In this document: one piece after another, positions 13,808 to 26,925 of the stretch
How positions within the stretch are numbered: the stretch's first letter is position 1
Layout: each line of letters begins with the position of its first letter
From: Azolla caroliniana
Lineage: Eukaryota > Plantae > Polypodiophyta
NCBI GenBank assembly: GCA_043228905.1
Contig: JBHGNT010000002.1
Location: 25,234,001 to 25,298,000 of the forward strand
Reading direction: 5' to 3'
DNA: 64,000 nucleotides
Made by a program: the position numbers and the translations under genes
Notes under the pieces: model-generated
What the model saw: the letters and a program-made list of their open reading frames with translations, nothing else
Database searches by the model: none
What the model was told of the DNA's origin: nothing

Positions 13808-16308
13808 GATCCGGATCCCATCCGGAGGGACCAATTTTTTCAACAAACTCCCCCTTCACTCTGTCATGGGATGTCTTGTCAATCCGATTCGTCTCTAGCA
13901 TCCATCCAGCTTCTCAGCCGACAACAGCTTGGTCAACATGCCCAACCCGTTCTCCTCTGTGCAGATCTTCGTCAGTGAAAAGTCTTTGTCTTCTACCTTC
14001 TCCTGGAGCCAATGATATCTCCTCTGGATGTGCATGGTCCTGGAGTGATAAGCCGCGTTCTTTGCAAGGTGGATGACACTTTGACTATCACAGTAGAGCT
14101 GGAATTCCGCCTACTGGATCCCTAGCTCTCTGATGAAGTCCTTCATCCAGATTACTTCCTTGCTAGCTTCTACGACCGTCATGTACTCCGCTTCCGTGGT
14201 CGACAGTGCCACCAATGTCTACAGCCTTGACTGCCACGATACGGCTCCCCCTACATAGGTCATGATGTATTCAGACGTGGACCGACTGGTATCTACATTA
14301 GCCGACATGTCTGAATCTGTAAAACCTTCCAATAAGGGTTTACCTAATCAAATCATAGGCACATGCTCGAGGTGCCTTTCAGATACCAGAGGATCTACTT
14401 GACAACAATCTAATGCTCTCTTCCCAGATTGCTCATGAACCGACCACTCTGACTGCATATCCGATGTCTAGCCGAGTACACACCATTGTGTATATCAGGG
14501 TTTTGACAACTGAGGCATCAGGTACCTTCATCATCTCAACTTTCTCCATCTTTGTCTTTAGACTTTGTTTCCCGAACAACTTGCAATTTGTCGGATGTGT
14601 GGACCCGACTGGCTTTGCATTCGCCATGTTGAATCTTTGGAGCACCTTTGTCACATACTTCTCCTGTGACAACCACAATAGCTTCTTTGTCTGGTCCCAG
14701 ACTATGTGCATCCCCAATATCTTTCTCGCTGGACCCAAATCTTTAATTGAGAAGGACTGGTTCAAGGCCTTCTTTAGCATCTCAATTTTGATGCGGTCTC
14801 TTCCGACGATCAACATGTCGTCCACGTACAACAGGAGTATTAAGAAGTCTCATCCGTCCAACTTATTCACGAACAGTGGTCGGCCTGCGTCTTGTGGTAT
14901 CCTTGGTCGGTCATTAAGGAGTCAAACTTCTGGTACTATTGTCGGGGGCTTGCTTCAATCTGTATAAGCTCTTCTTCAATCGACAAACCAAGTTCTCCTT
15001 CCCTTTCTTGATGAATCATTCTGGCTGCTACATGTAGATCTCCTCCTCAAGGTCATTGTGTAAGAATGCAGTCTTGACATCTAGTTGCTCGACCTCGAGG
15101 TCCATGCTTGCCGCTATACTCAAAATTGTTCTGATGGATGTCATCTTCATTATCGGGGCAAAGATCTTGTCGAAATCCACTCCGTTCTTTTGTTGGAAGC
15201 CCTTCACCACAATGCGGGCTTTGTACCTCGATGGATTTCAGGCACCTCCTGGTTTCAACTTGTACACCCACTTGTTCTGGAGCGCCCTTTTCCTTTCGGC
15301 AGCTCCGTCAATTCGTATGTGTGGTTCTCATGCAAGGAATCCATCTCGTCATGCATGGTACTTAACCACTTGCAGATGTGGGTGTCTTTCTTTGCTTCTT
15401 CGAAGTTCTCCGGCTCCCCCTCGTCGGTCAGCAATACATGCTCTTTATTCGAGAATCTCTAGGGGCCCTTCTCTCTCTAAGAGGGTATCTTTAGCCTTGG
15501 TTTTCAGCCACCGGTTCTTAAGACGGTTCTTCATCCGAATCTAACTCGAGGCCTTGTTTGGTTCCGGCGTCCGATCCTTCTTCGGTCGGTTCGGTTCTTT
15601 GTCCGAGTCTGGCCGGTTCATTATGGTCTTCAGTTGACATCCGGCTTCTGACTGGATGGATCCTTGTATTTTCCAACCGATCTCTATCAGTCGACCCAAA
15701 AGAGGCTATCTTCTTCTCTGATTCCCAGTCGGCGATTGTCTTGTCTTCCATGAAGATTATGTCCCTGCTCCGGATCACTTTCTTTTCAACTAGGTTCCAC
15801 AACCGGTAACCAAACTCATCATCACCGTACCCAAGGAATATGCATGGCCAAGTTTTCGGGTCCAATTTTCCCCGTTTGTCCTTTGTGATATGCACATAAG
15901 CGAGACAACCGAACACTTTTAGATGCCGGTAAGACACATCTTTACCGATCCATACTCTCTGTGGTATGTCTTCGTCCAAGGGTGCTGAGGGTGATCTGTG
16001 CGCCTCAACCGAGAACGTTCGTGGGGTTGTTCTTGGTGAAAGGAATCGCTTTCGGCCACAACCGAGTTCCAAACTCACTATGGAAGAAAACATAATAAGA
16101 AATAAGAGATTAATGCACTTACACCGAATAAGAGACGGCATGATATGTTCCATGGAAAACCTCGAGAGGCAAAACCATGGTAGTCCACAGACTCCGAACT
16201 AGATCAGTATGAAAGAGAGGTAGAATAAAATGGAGACATAGAGGCAATGACCTTCTGCTCCAACTCTTCACCAATAGGCGGTTACAACAAATACAAGCTT
16301 CTTCTTCT

Positions 16309-16367
<59 letters not shown>

Positions 16368-16622
16368 CAGTGGTAACTTACAACCCTTCACCATAAGTTT
16401 TGCCATAGTTATTTATACTCATATAACTTTTAGACTATTTACAAGTATGGCTTGAACAGGCGCATCAGAACATATTTACTAATATGTCCCAGCTTTTTGT
16501 TCACACCGGATCTGGCTGGATACCTTTCAGGTCCATCCGATCCGATTTCTTCCTCCGACTCGTCCAATCCGACTCGTCCAGTTCTCATCCGGATCCCACC
16601 TCGAGGGATTGGTTTCTCAACA
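13808..16622 (-). mobile_element. Nested, decayed Tork/Tnt1-like Copia related to the element at 54776-60116
   Basis: INT/RT/RH fragments (KVFGCLAYVH, QLDVKTAFLH, YVDDML) closely match the 55418-59494 polyprotein. 5-prime LTR about 16005-16622, a roughly 35-bp stub of the 3-prime LTR ending near 13845, and a PPT at about 13846-13857. Gag-PR is deleted. Confidence 0.85.
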
Positions 16623-17476
16623 CTTGGTTGTGTGGGCCTTGGCCAAATCGGCCTCTTCTTCCACGACTTTGTCCCCTTCCTCCGTATGAACCTGTGCATA
16701 ACATTTGTCCGTCTGATTCATTGCGTCTTGTTCGGATGTGGTTTTCTTCGACCAATAGCATTGCTTCAAGATAGAAGGAGGGAGGATTCTCCCTTGCAAG
16801 GACTGCCGACCGTGTAGCGCCGAACTGAGGTGCTAGGCCTCCATGGCATATCGGCACCATTTCGTCGTCGTCAATGTTGACATTGATTGACCCAAGGGAG
16901 TCACACAACTCCTTGATCTTCAGGTATAACTACCAATTGACATATCCCTCTGTTGGATATTGTTCAGCTCTTCACGGAGTTGAAGTTTTTGTGTGGTTGT
17001 GTTGGCCACAAATATCTTTTTGAGGTTCCCCCATGCCTCCTTCGTCGTTTTGGCTTCTTTGATGTGGTCGAGCATGTGATCATGAACGCATGATGCAAGG
17101 CAATACAACACACGACTTGCCGCTTGCTCCCAAGCTGGGTGGTCGACATGTGTTGGGTTGGGTTGATTTTCTTGAGCTTCCTTGACATAGCTCCAATAGC
17201 CTTGATTGACAAGGTACTAGTGCATCTGGTACTCCCAATATGCGAAGTTGTTCCTATCGAGTTTCTCGGTAAGAAGAGTGCTTCCTATCTAAGTATTCAT
17301 GTTGAACTTCTTCTTCTTCTTTGTGATGCAAACTGTGCAGGTTGTTGTTATAGTGATCGGTCGGTTCTTCGTGAACGTGGGCTTTTGGCACAACACACAT
17401 AGATGGACTTGGATTAAGCTACCAACGGCTCTGATACCATGTAAAGAATCGGGAGTGATTTTGTGCAGCAGAAGAG

Positions 17477-17541
<65 letters not shown>

Positions 17542-17546
<5 letters not shown>

Positions 17547-19026
17547 ATTATCGTCTTTGGAGGTCAAATATGACCTATGAGACAAAATATTACATTTCAC
17601 GTGATACGTGTGAAGGTGAGTAGCGACTCTCGATCTTCAAGAACTTTACCAATGAATGTTGCAATTGAGAGTGCACATCGTGGTTGTGAGAGAAATTTGT
17701 GCAAGGATTGGGCTTGATCGAAGAGATGCGGAAAACATGGTCGAATATGATCAAAGGCAGAGCATTGTATCAAAGTGTGATACTCAGACTCTCAAACTTG
17801 TTTAGGACAAAGTGTGCATAGTCAGCCACTCTCATCACTTGTGCCCCGACGCCCCGTCTCACATCTCAATGCGTGCGAGCTAAGTCACATGGAAGCAAGG
17901 GTTCGAATGGTAGATATCGGGATGGGCTCTAACATGTATCGATATGTACGGCTTCCTCGTTCCACGAAGAATATGGTTTTGTAGTTAGGTGCAACATTTG
18001 TAGTATAATGTGTGAAGCGTGAGCCACCACATTTGTCCCATGTCATGATACATTGGCGTTGCAAAAAGGCCTCATTTACAGAGGAATCTAGTGACGCATC
18101 ATGAAGCAAGTGTCTTGCATCCCATCTACCAAACCATTTTTCTAAATCTTGCATCCAACCGGAACACAAAATTTTGCTTTTATGCGTCTTTTGGATCTTT
18201 TTGTTTGCTTCCCATGCAATTCTAGGAAGTCGATGTGAGGGGCTTTTTTGAGCCTTAAGCATGTATATCAACAACCCTTTCCATGGCCATGATCTCAATG
18301 GGAAGCGATCCCGTCTGAATGAAGAGGAGGGTGTAGGGCGTTTGTTTCTTAACTTGTAGAAACTTTGTAAGAAAATGTTTTTGGACATTTTCAAACTCTT
18401 TCCACATAGATTTAGGGATGCTACCGCCCCATACTTCCACCCAATAGAGAAGAACCGAGGTCACCAAAGTGTCAAAAAGATATTTCATGAGGACCCAACA
18501 CTTAATATCTCCAAGATTGCATGTGTTCTTAAATGCATAATATGCTCGCTTACCTGCCTCTAAGCGGCATGTAGCACATTCATTCCATTTATGATTTGAA
18601 GGAACTTCAAGGCCAAGATATTTGAAGTTTTCCACACATTCAAGTGGCTCATTGTTGTACATAATGCATGGTTTATCTCTTTTTTGACTCTTCACAAGTA
18701 TAATCTTTGTTTTAGAGCTATTGACACTTAATCTAGTATGCATACAAATTTTTTCCAATGCCTTCATAAGCTTTTGTGCATCTCCTGAAGTATTTGCCAA
18801 AAGCACTACATCATCCGCATATAACAAAAGCATAATCACAACATTCCCAATGACAACTTCTTCAACACATTCTTCTTTTACAAACTTGGTAACCATTTCT
18901 TCTAATTCATCAATGCATAGACCAAATAATGTTGGCGAGGGTGGGCATCCTTGCTTAACACCAATACTGCTATTGAAAAATATCTAAAAGTCTATCTCTC
19001 ATACGCACACAACCTATAACCTTCTC

Positions 19027-19030
<4 letters not shown>
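17542..19030 (-). mobile_element. 5-prime-truncated non-LTR retrotransposon (LINE) inserted in the (GA)n tract of the Copia 5-prime LTR
   Basis: RT motifs GVKQGCPPSPTLF, LLYADD and FKYLG; one frameshift; (GA)n on both sides. Confidence 0.85.
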
Positions 19031-19064
<34 letters not shown>

Positions 19065-19649
19065 ACAATGTATACAGAAAACAAGAAAACTGTATTAACA
19101 AGAAGCAAGAATGAACCAGCGATTACAAAGAGAAGGAGAAGGTGCTTATGTGTCACCTTCTCTTTAAGTTCTCTCGCTAGAACCGCCTCTTGGGAAAGAG
19201 GCGGAAGTCTTAACTATTTATGAAATATGTGTCATAGAACTTAAACTTCTATAACGCACTAGTTACTATATACTAGGAGGTGGGATGTTCACATGCTTGA
19301 GATACTAAGGTGTGTTCCCACACTAGGGAAGTTGAGTTTGATTCTCAACATATAAATATATATATATCCATCCTTCAAGGTTTAAGATGTTCTTTCTTGC
19401 TAGAATAAGGGACCTATATTGATTATATTTCTTTGCCTATGTGCACATTTTGCATCAATATGTTGAATTGGAATCATAACAAGCAAAATGTGCAATAGTA
19501 TATGTTATTTCAATTGACTTTATGGAGCTAGAAATAGGATTATAGATAACGAGAGTGTAACTAGTGATTTTTTTTCCATAAAAAATGTCCTCCATTGGTA
19601 TTAAAAATTAAAGTGGCCAAAGGCAATATACAAAATAGTCCACTATTAC

Positions 19650-21480
19650 AATGAATATTGCATATCATGTTACCTTTTTTTGTATCTCTTGAACTACCAC
19701 AAATCTTCAAGATGCATATGAAAGTGATAATGTCTGGGGAAAGATTTTTCTGTTTGTGCTGGCGGAAAATGAGCCAGCCGGATCGCCGCCAATCAATCCA
19801 AAATCTGGTGCTATGGACGCTCACGCATGAACCAGGAATGCCCTTCATCTCCAAGTGCCTGCAGACGCGTTACAGGGGCGGGCCTCTGGGAATGCACCCT
19901 CATTTTCCATCTTCTCGAAGGAACTAAAGTTTCATGAACTTGATTATTATGCTTAGTATACCCAACAATGAGCATGTTCCAAGAGACAGTATTTCGATCA
20001 GGAAGCCCTTTCAATAGTTTCTCTACTTTGGTAAGCATCCCACATTTGACATACATATCCACCAAGGTGGTACCAAGTACAATATCCCCCTCCAATAACA
20101 ACGTACTCATGATTTATTCATGAATTTGCTCTCCTATGTGCATTGTTTATTTGCTTCTACAAACCTTCAGTGTGTTCAAAACTGTACAACACTTCATAAC
20201 ATTGCCCTTGTTGGACAAAAGCAGTCCCCAATATAATGTCTTTATCATGCAAGCCTCTACACACAACCTCCTCATGAATTTGTTTGCCCTTATCTAATGC
20301 TCTTATGTTGCTACACGCTTTCAAACTGCAAATGAATGTGACAGTATCTGGGGCGATGCCATCATTCTGAATTTGTTTAAAATAGTCCAACACTTTGTGG
20401 CCTTGACTGTGTTTAGCATACTCACCAATAAGTGCATTACAAGAGACTATATCCCGAATAGGAAGCTCTTGAAGCACTTTTTGAGATTTTACAAACTCTC
20501 CACATTTGGCATACATATTCACTAAGGTATTTCCAAGCATAAAATCATTTTCAACAACCTTGAGCTGAGAATCATATTATGCATTTGTTTACCCTTGTAT
20601 AGAGCTCCTATGTTTCCATACGCCTTTAAAATGCAAATGAATGAGATCACATCAGGAGAAAGCCCCTCACTTTGCATATGCTCAAAACACTCCAGTGCTT
20701 CAAGATCTTGCCCCTATTGGGTATACCTTGAAATTAATGCTGACCAAGAGACTACATCTCGGATAAGAAGCCCTTTGAGCACTTCTTAAGCCTTCTTGCG
20801 TACACCACATTCCACATACATGTCAATCAAAGCATAATTTTCCAATCACTGCATTCTTCTCTTGCAAACCCTTGCTTATAAATTTATTGTGGATTAGTTT
20901 TCCTTTATGTATATCTCCTGTGTTGCCACAAACTCTCAAAATGCCAATAAGGGTTAGTATACTTGGAGAGAGGCCTTCGCTTTGCATAAGTTCGAAATAG
21001 TTCAATGCTTCATGGCATAGCTCCCGTCTAACATACCCTGCAATTAGTGAATTCCATGAAATAACATCACAACAGGAAGCTCTTCGAATATATTTTGTGC
21101 TTTTCCAAGCTTGCTGCATTTTCCAAACCTTCTATGTTGCCACAAGATTTTAAGATACAATTCAAAGTCACTGCATTTGAAGAGAGACCCTCTTTTTGCA
21201 TTATTACAAAGCAATTGAACACTTCATAACCTTTTTTTTGGTTAGCATATCCTACAATTACAACATTCCATGAAGGCCGTATCTTGGTTAGGAAGTTGTA
21301 GTAGCACATTTTGTGCCTCTTACAACATTTTGCATACTACTTCCAAGATGGGTATTCTTTGCTAGAAAACCTCTTTATAGAATATGAGCATGAACCTTGA
21401 TACCTTCTCGAAGGTCTTTCGTCTTGGCACAAGCCTTGAGATTGAACAAAATCTCAATTATTTCTTTCTGGGTCGCACAT
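19650..21480 (-). pseudogene. PLS-class PPR pseudogene
   Basis: Several frameshifted fragments with PPR motifs (LVNMYAKCG..DIVSCNALI..PDTVTFICSLKAC; VISWNSLIAGY). Confidence 0.85.
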
Positions 21481-23176
21481 TACATGATATTATAATCAGA
21501 ACATCCATGAAAAACTAATTATTATGAAACGATCTTGTTTTTTGCCAAAACTAGTCCTCTATGTTTTCTGCCAAAACTAGTGCTCTACGTTTTCTTTCCT
21601 CAGCAACTCGTAACTATCCTCTTCTTGTCATCATATCTTTACCCAAGTATTTATGTGAGCGGACTACCATTGCTTTTTTCAATGTAGGGGTATCCCCTAT
21701 AACCGAAAAAGAGAAATCATTATTATTCTATGTAGGTAATTGTTATATGTAGAAAATGTGTTGAAGAGAGTGGACTTTAGGAAACTATAAAACATGTCTT
21801 CAATTCATGGTGAGAAAGGAAGTGAAATCTTTTGAGAGGAGGTCAATGCCCTACTTTTGGCATGCCTGCAATTAACAAGGTCTAGATGAAGTTAAGTTGG
21901 TGCAACTAGGGTACAAGGTTAAAACAAAAGCAAGTTAACAAGACTCAAATAAAGAAGGAAAGTTATTAACCTACCTTGTTAAGTTAAGCAACAGTAAGCA
22001 ACAAGAGGTATATTAAGTTAAGCCAAAGAGCCCGCAAGGTTAAACAAGACTTTGCTCGACATTTGCCTTTAGATTAATAGGCCCATAAGTATGATGGGGG
22101 GAAGTTCTATAATTACTAGAATCTAAGGTTGTGTAAAGTAAAATTAGAGGAGCCCCAACAGGTCAAGAATGTCAAGAATGTCAAGTTATAAGAGCACCAT
22201 TTTGGCGCATACCTCACCAATGGGCATTTATTTTTGTTTGCACACTCACATGCAATCAAGTTAAAAAAGAAGGCAATTGAAGGCCCCGTTACATAGTCAT
22301 GGGATGTATGTTATGGCACCTATTGTGATTTCCTATAGACCAAACAAAAGATCAATTAAGTCAAGCAATGCCCCTTCAAAGATATAAATCCAAACATATC
22401 AATTATAAATCCAAACATATCAATTGAATAGATCTAAGTGAAGGTGTAATGAACTATAATCGAGTTTAAAGTAACTATATAAAAGTCAAGTCAAACAATG
22501 CCCATATACAACCAAGTAAGATGACTAATGAAATCATAATTGTGGGGTGACTACTTAGTACTAAACCATTATTGTTGGTGCACTACTAAATCCATTATTA
22601 TGGGGTATCATCAGTTCCTTCCAATTCTGAAATCAAATAGTTATTTCTTTCTCTTAGATAATGCGGCAACTATCACCTGTCACAAAATTATATCAACTCT
22701 TTGTAGACGCTCCATCTCTAGAGAAGCAAATCCTAACAAGTCTAGGGTATAGGGTTTCACCTGTGCATTATGGTTTCTACACAAGAATTAGTCAAAACCT
22801 TGTTTGCTACTTTTTCCTCGTATCTTCTACTCGCTGCATTAATATGTCAATTTATAATTCATGAATACATTCACAAATAAAAGCCAAAATGTAAGGATTT
22901 TATGATCATTATATTGTTCAATTTTGGGCATCAGAAGATTAAATCAATTGCCTCTAAATCTGGGGGATTGAATTCACAACGTTTTCATACTTTGAATATT
23001 CTCCAGCATCAAAATTGACGCATGAGTGGCGTCAATGGCAACAATTTTCATCTTGATGTATTATACATAATTTAACCACTCTGACCGCTTTTCAAAGTTT
23101 ATCTAAAACCTGGGATGCAACATGTATGTTCCTCAAATGGATTTGAGGACCCAATTTCTTCCTTGAATTTGGTAGG

Positions 23177-23280
23177 ATACCTACACAAAGGATGAAATAT
23201 AGATGTTTAATAACATCACAAAAGTTGGATACCTACACAAAGGATGAAATATAGATATTTGATAACATCACAAAAGTTGT
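23177..23280. repeat. 52-bp tandem duplication spanning the PPR stop codon
   Basis: GATACCTACACAAAGGATGAAATATAGAT.TTT.ATAACATCACAAAAGTTG occurs twice. Confidence 0.9.
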
Positions 23281-25896
23281 AACATTATCCGGATCCAATT
23301 CCCATATAAATTTGGCAATATACACTGCCTCCTGGACATTATTATGACATTTGCAAGCACCTAATATTGCAGTGAGAATGATCACATTAGGCTGAAATGG
23401 CATGTTACTGATCAAACACACTGCATCATCCAAACATCCAACCCGCCCAAGTAGATCTATAATGCAAATATAGTGATCTACATCAAGTAAATTGGCATCA
23501 TCGTTAATGATTTGCGCCAAACACTCAATGGCTTCAAAAACCATACCATCATGGTTACATGCATCAAGTACAGTAGTATAGGTTATTTTGTTTGGGATTA
23601 TACCAATATGTTGCATTTTCTGGAAAATCATCCAGGCATCACTGCCTTTACCATGCTGGCCATATAATGTAATCATAGAAGTCCATGAAACTACATTTGG
23701 ATCACTCATTTGCTCAAATGTCCGTTGTGCTGCTTTCATATTTCCACATCTTCCATACATGTTCATAAGAGCAGTTGATATGTTGGCATCGTCATCACAT
23801 CCAGATGTGATTAGACTAGAATGTATGCATTCACCATCCAATGAAACTGCATAATTTGAACATGCATCAAGGAGAGAGATGTAGGTCATCGCAGTTGGTT
23901 TCAAACCATTCTTCTCCATTTTGTCAAACAGTTCGAGCATTTGATCATACTCCCCTGACTGGGCATGAACTGTAATCATAGAAGTCCATACGGGTTCACT
24001 TCCTTCAGAGATGCATGCGAACATGATTTTAGAATCCTCGAGGCTTCCGCACTTTCCATACATATTTACAAGAGCATTAACAATTGCATCATCTGATTCT
24101 AAATCGGCGTCCAAAGCACACACATGAATAAGCCTTCCAACTTCAATAGCCGCCTCAATTGCACATGCATCGATGATGCTTATAAATGTTACCACATTTG
24201 GGAAAACACCAGTTTCTTGCATTTGGTTGAAAAGTTGAAGGGCAACCTGGAATTGGCCTTTTTGAGCCTCGATGGATATCATGGCTGTCCAAGAAACAAT
24301 AGTTCGTTCACTTAAATTCTCAAACATATTGAATGCTTCATGAAGGCGCCCAAGCTTACCATACATACTTATCAGGGCATTTCCAACAATAACATTCATC
24401 CCGTGTCCATTCTCCACTATGAATGAATGCATATGCTTGCAATCAGTGGAACTCATGTAGTTGCTATAGGCATCAAGGATACAAACAAAAGTAACTTGAT
24501 TCGGTTCGATGCTCTGTTGTAGCATCTGAGCAAAGAAGCGAATGGCCTCTCCGAATTGTCCATGCTCACAATAAGCAGCAATCATTGATGTAAATAAGAC
24601 AACATCCCAATTTGACAACCTTGAATATGCCTTAATTATACCTTCTTGGACTCCACATCTTCCATACATGTTGATCAATGCAGTTCCAACCTTTATATCT
24701 GAATCATATCCAAGTTCCATTATATAAGAATGCATCCTCTTCCCTTGGTTCTGGTCTTCTAGGTTGTCAGTACATGCATCAAGAATGCATATAAAAGTTG
24801 TTTTGTTCGGCATAAACCCCTCTTGCTCTAGTTGATCAAAACATTGAAATGCATTCTCTGGTTCATGATGTGATACATACACACATATCATGGCATTCCA
24901 CAAAATTAAAGTTTTCTCCATCGTTTTATCACATACATCTTGTGCATCATTAAGGCTACCACATCTATTGTACATGGATAATAAAGCAACCTCTACTTTT
25001 GCATCTGTTTCGTATCCACTTTCAACAATGCAAACATGTATTAGCCGACCACAATTGATCCCTGATCGAGCAGTGAACACATCAAGAATACATATAAAAG
25101 TGACTTTATTAGGTCTTCCACCCTCGTTAAGCATTTCGACAAACAAATCCATGGCCTCTTTGAATCGTTTTTTCTGAGCATAACATGATATCAAAGCGGT
25201 CCACGGAACCTCATTACATGTATGCAAATCATACAACTTTTGATTCGCTTCTTTAAATCTCTCACATTTACCATACATACAAATAAGGGAGGTTGATAAT
25301 GCTACATCCATTTCATACTCAGTGTTAAAAATATATACATGAATACGCTTACCTTGATCAACAAATCCATATCTCCCACACAAAGATACAATTTGAATGA
25401 AGGTAAACTTATTTGCCAACATACTCTGTTCATGCATCTGAGCAAACATTTGGAAAGATTCCATATGCATTCCTCTCGAAACATATACATGGATGAATGA
25501 GTTCCATATTTGCAAATGATCATGTGTGACACTATTAAACAATGCCATGGCATGATCAAATGCTCCCAACCCATTATACATTCTAATGAGAATACCACAT
25601 AAGAACTTGTCTTTCTCAAGGCCATGCTTCACTATATGATGATGGGTCACTTGACCTTCCAAGAGGGTATTCCGATGGTGGAAGAAATCTCCTCTTAGAA
25701 GAGTAGACCTAGTTCTTGTTTCCTCTCCTTCCCCTGCTTTATCTTCTTCTTTATATTCTTCTAGAAGGCATGTTGTAAGAGAAGATAAAAGGCTTCTTCT
25801 TTCTGGTTCACTGCCATAGCTGATCTGACAAGGACGCAGAGGATCAGAAATCCATGGATTTGTTCTGAGCTGTGCTCGACCTAAGCTCCTTTGCAT
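23233..25896 (-). CDS. PLS-class pentatricopeptide repeat protein ending in an E1-like domain, about 887 aa, probable organellar RNA-editing factor
   Basis: Uninterrupted ORF of P/L/S repeats ending HYICIIDLLGRVG..MPFQP..LGACK..MLSNIY. The listed start at 25977 is TTG. The first ATG (25896) follows a pyrimidine tract plus AG acceptor. Confidence 0.92.
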   Translation of the reverse strand: MQRSLGRAQLRTNPWISDPLRPCQISYGSEPERRSLLSSLTTCLLEEYKEEDKAGEGEETRTRSTLLRGDFFHHRNTLLEGQVTHHHIVKHGLEKDKFLCGILIRMYNGLGAFDHAMALFNSVTHDHLQIWNSFIHVYVSRGMHMESFQMFAQMHEQSMLANKFTFIQIVSLCGRYGFVDQGKRIHVYIFNTEYEMDVALSTSLICMYGKCERFKEANQKLYDLHTCNEVPWTALISCYAQKKRFKEAMDLFVEMLNEGGRPNKVTFICILDVFTARSGINCGRLIHVCIVESGYETDAKVEVALLSMYNRCGSLNDAQDVCDKTMEKTLILWNAMICVYVSHHEPENAFQCFDQLEQEGFMPNKTTFICILDACTDNLEDQNQGKRMHSYIMELGYDSDIKVGTALINMYGRCGVQEGIIKAYSRLSNWDVVLFTSMIAAYCEHGQFGEAIRFFAQMLQQSIEPNQVTFVCILDAYSNYMSSTDCKHMHSFIVENGHGMNVIVGNALISMYGKLGRLHEAFNMFENLSERTIVSWTAMISIEAQKGQFQVALQLFNQMQETGVFPNVVTFISIIDACAIEAAIEVGRLIHVCALDADLESDDAIVNALVNMYGKCGSLEDSKIMFACISEGSEPVWTSMITVHAQSGEYDQMLELFDKMEKNGLKPTAMTYISLLDACSNYAVSLDGECIHSSLITSGCDDDANISTALMNMYGRCGNMKAAQRTFEQMSDPNVVSWTSMITLYGQHGKGSDAWMIFQKMQHIGIIPNKITYTTVLDACNHDGMVFEAIECLAQIINDDANLLDVDHYICIIDLLGRVGCLDDAVCLISNMPFQPNVIILTAILGACKCHNNVQEAVYIAKFIWELDPDNVTTFVMLSNIYISSFV

Positions 25897-26789
25897 CAGT
25901 CTACAAAGGAGAAAGAAAGAAACAGGGGGGCTCAAAGCAAAAGACTTAATACATCTCCTAGGCCATGGGTAGCACAAAGCTTACCTTGCAACTTGCAACT
26001 TGCAATACATATGTACATGCATATTAGTCCATGGAAAAGGTTCACACGAGTTCCCGGACAACTTCTGCTAATACATGTGTCCAAGGGAATGCTCAGATTA
26101 ACTGCCATGGCAAGACAAAACCACAAGGAGCCATGCCCTGCTTGCCACACAACATCACCGATGAAAAAATCATAGCAAAGTCAAGAATGATCCCAAGTGG
26201 AAGCCTTCAAAAAACTTGTGGAAGCAACCCCCCCCCCCCCCCCCAATTGAGTCCTAAGGGTGTTTGTCAACTCGCTCCATATGATAAGCTTAAGTTCTCA
26301 CTACCAGCTAGCTACCTGAGAGCATCGGTCGACTCCTCCAAATGTTTCCAAGGTTGGCATCTTTATGATGACTATGAGGCTTCTAAGAAGAGAAGGCGAG
26401 ATATTTTATTTTCCTTGAAATACACCCTTATAGGTTTAAGCTTTGAGTTCACAATGTGATAACTCATGCTTAGATGTTAAATGAACATTCTCGTGTGTCT
26501 TGACCGAGACACTACTCCCCGAGTAATGCAAACCTCTCGGAAATGTATGGATTTTTTTTTTCCTTATTTGTTTATACTACTTTAGTATTTTTTATCTTTG
26601 GCTCGCCCGAAGGCTACAACTCACGCGAAGTCATATTTTATTAGTAGTACATAGTCCATCAGGGGGTGTACCGAATGGTACAAGTGAGATACATGCACAG
26701 GATGACCTCTAGGATATGATGAGACTCGCACCACGTTCCATCATGCAACTCGTAGACAGACTACATTTTACCTTCTTCATCGTCGAAAC

Positions 26790-26925
26790 CGTCATTGTTG
26801 TCACCGTCACCGTCACCATCTTCGTCGTCGTCACTAACGGGCACAAACCGCCCTTCATTGTCACCATTTGCGTCCTCGCCACTATCTTCGTCGTCGTCAC
26901 TTACGAGCACAAACTGCCCTTTTTA
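26790..26925. repeat. Imperfect tandem repeat, about 66-bp unit, GTC-rich
   Basis: ATCTTCGTCGTCGTCACT.ACG.GCACAAAC.GCCCTT occurs twice. Confidence 0.7.

Larger units (their letters stand above)
12880..19350 (-). mobile_element. Decayed Ty1/Copia LTR retrotransposon, internally deleted, hosting two insertions
   Basis: 3-prime LTR 12880-13271. 5-prime LTR 17440-19350, split by a LINE. Met-tRNA PBS (rc TGGTATCAGAGC) 17428-17439, PPT 13272-13281. Gag remnant 16623-17300 (KEAWGNLKKIF..KLQLREELNNIQQ), RNase H 13408-13810 (GAISWNSKKQPTVPLSSTEAEY). Flanked by (TA)n with no clear TSD. Confidence 0.85.

Noticed and set aside
25897-25977. Listed PPR start MCYPW
   Set aside because: It is a TTG start running through an intron-like pyrimidine tract and AG acceptor.
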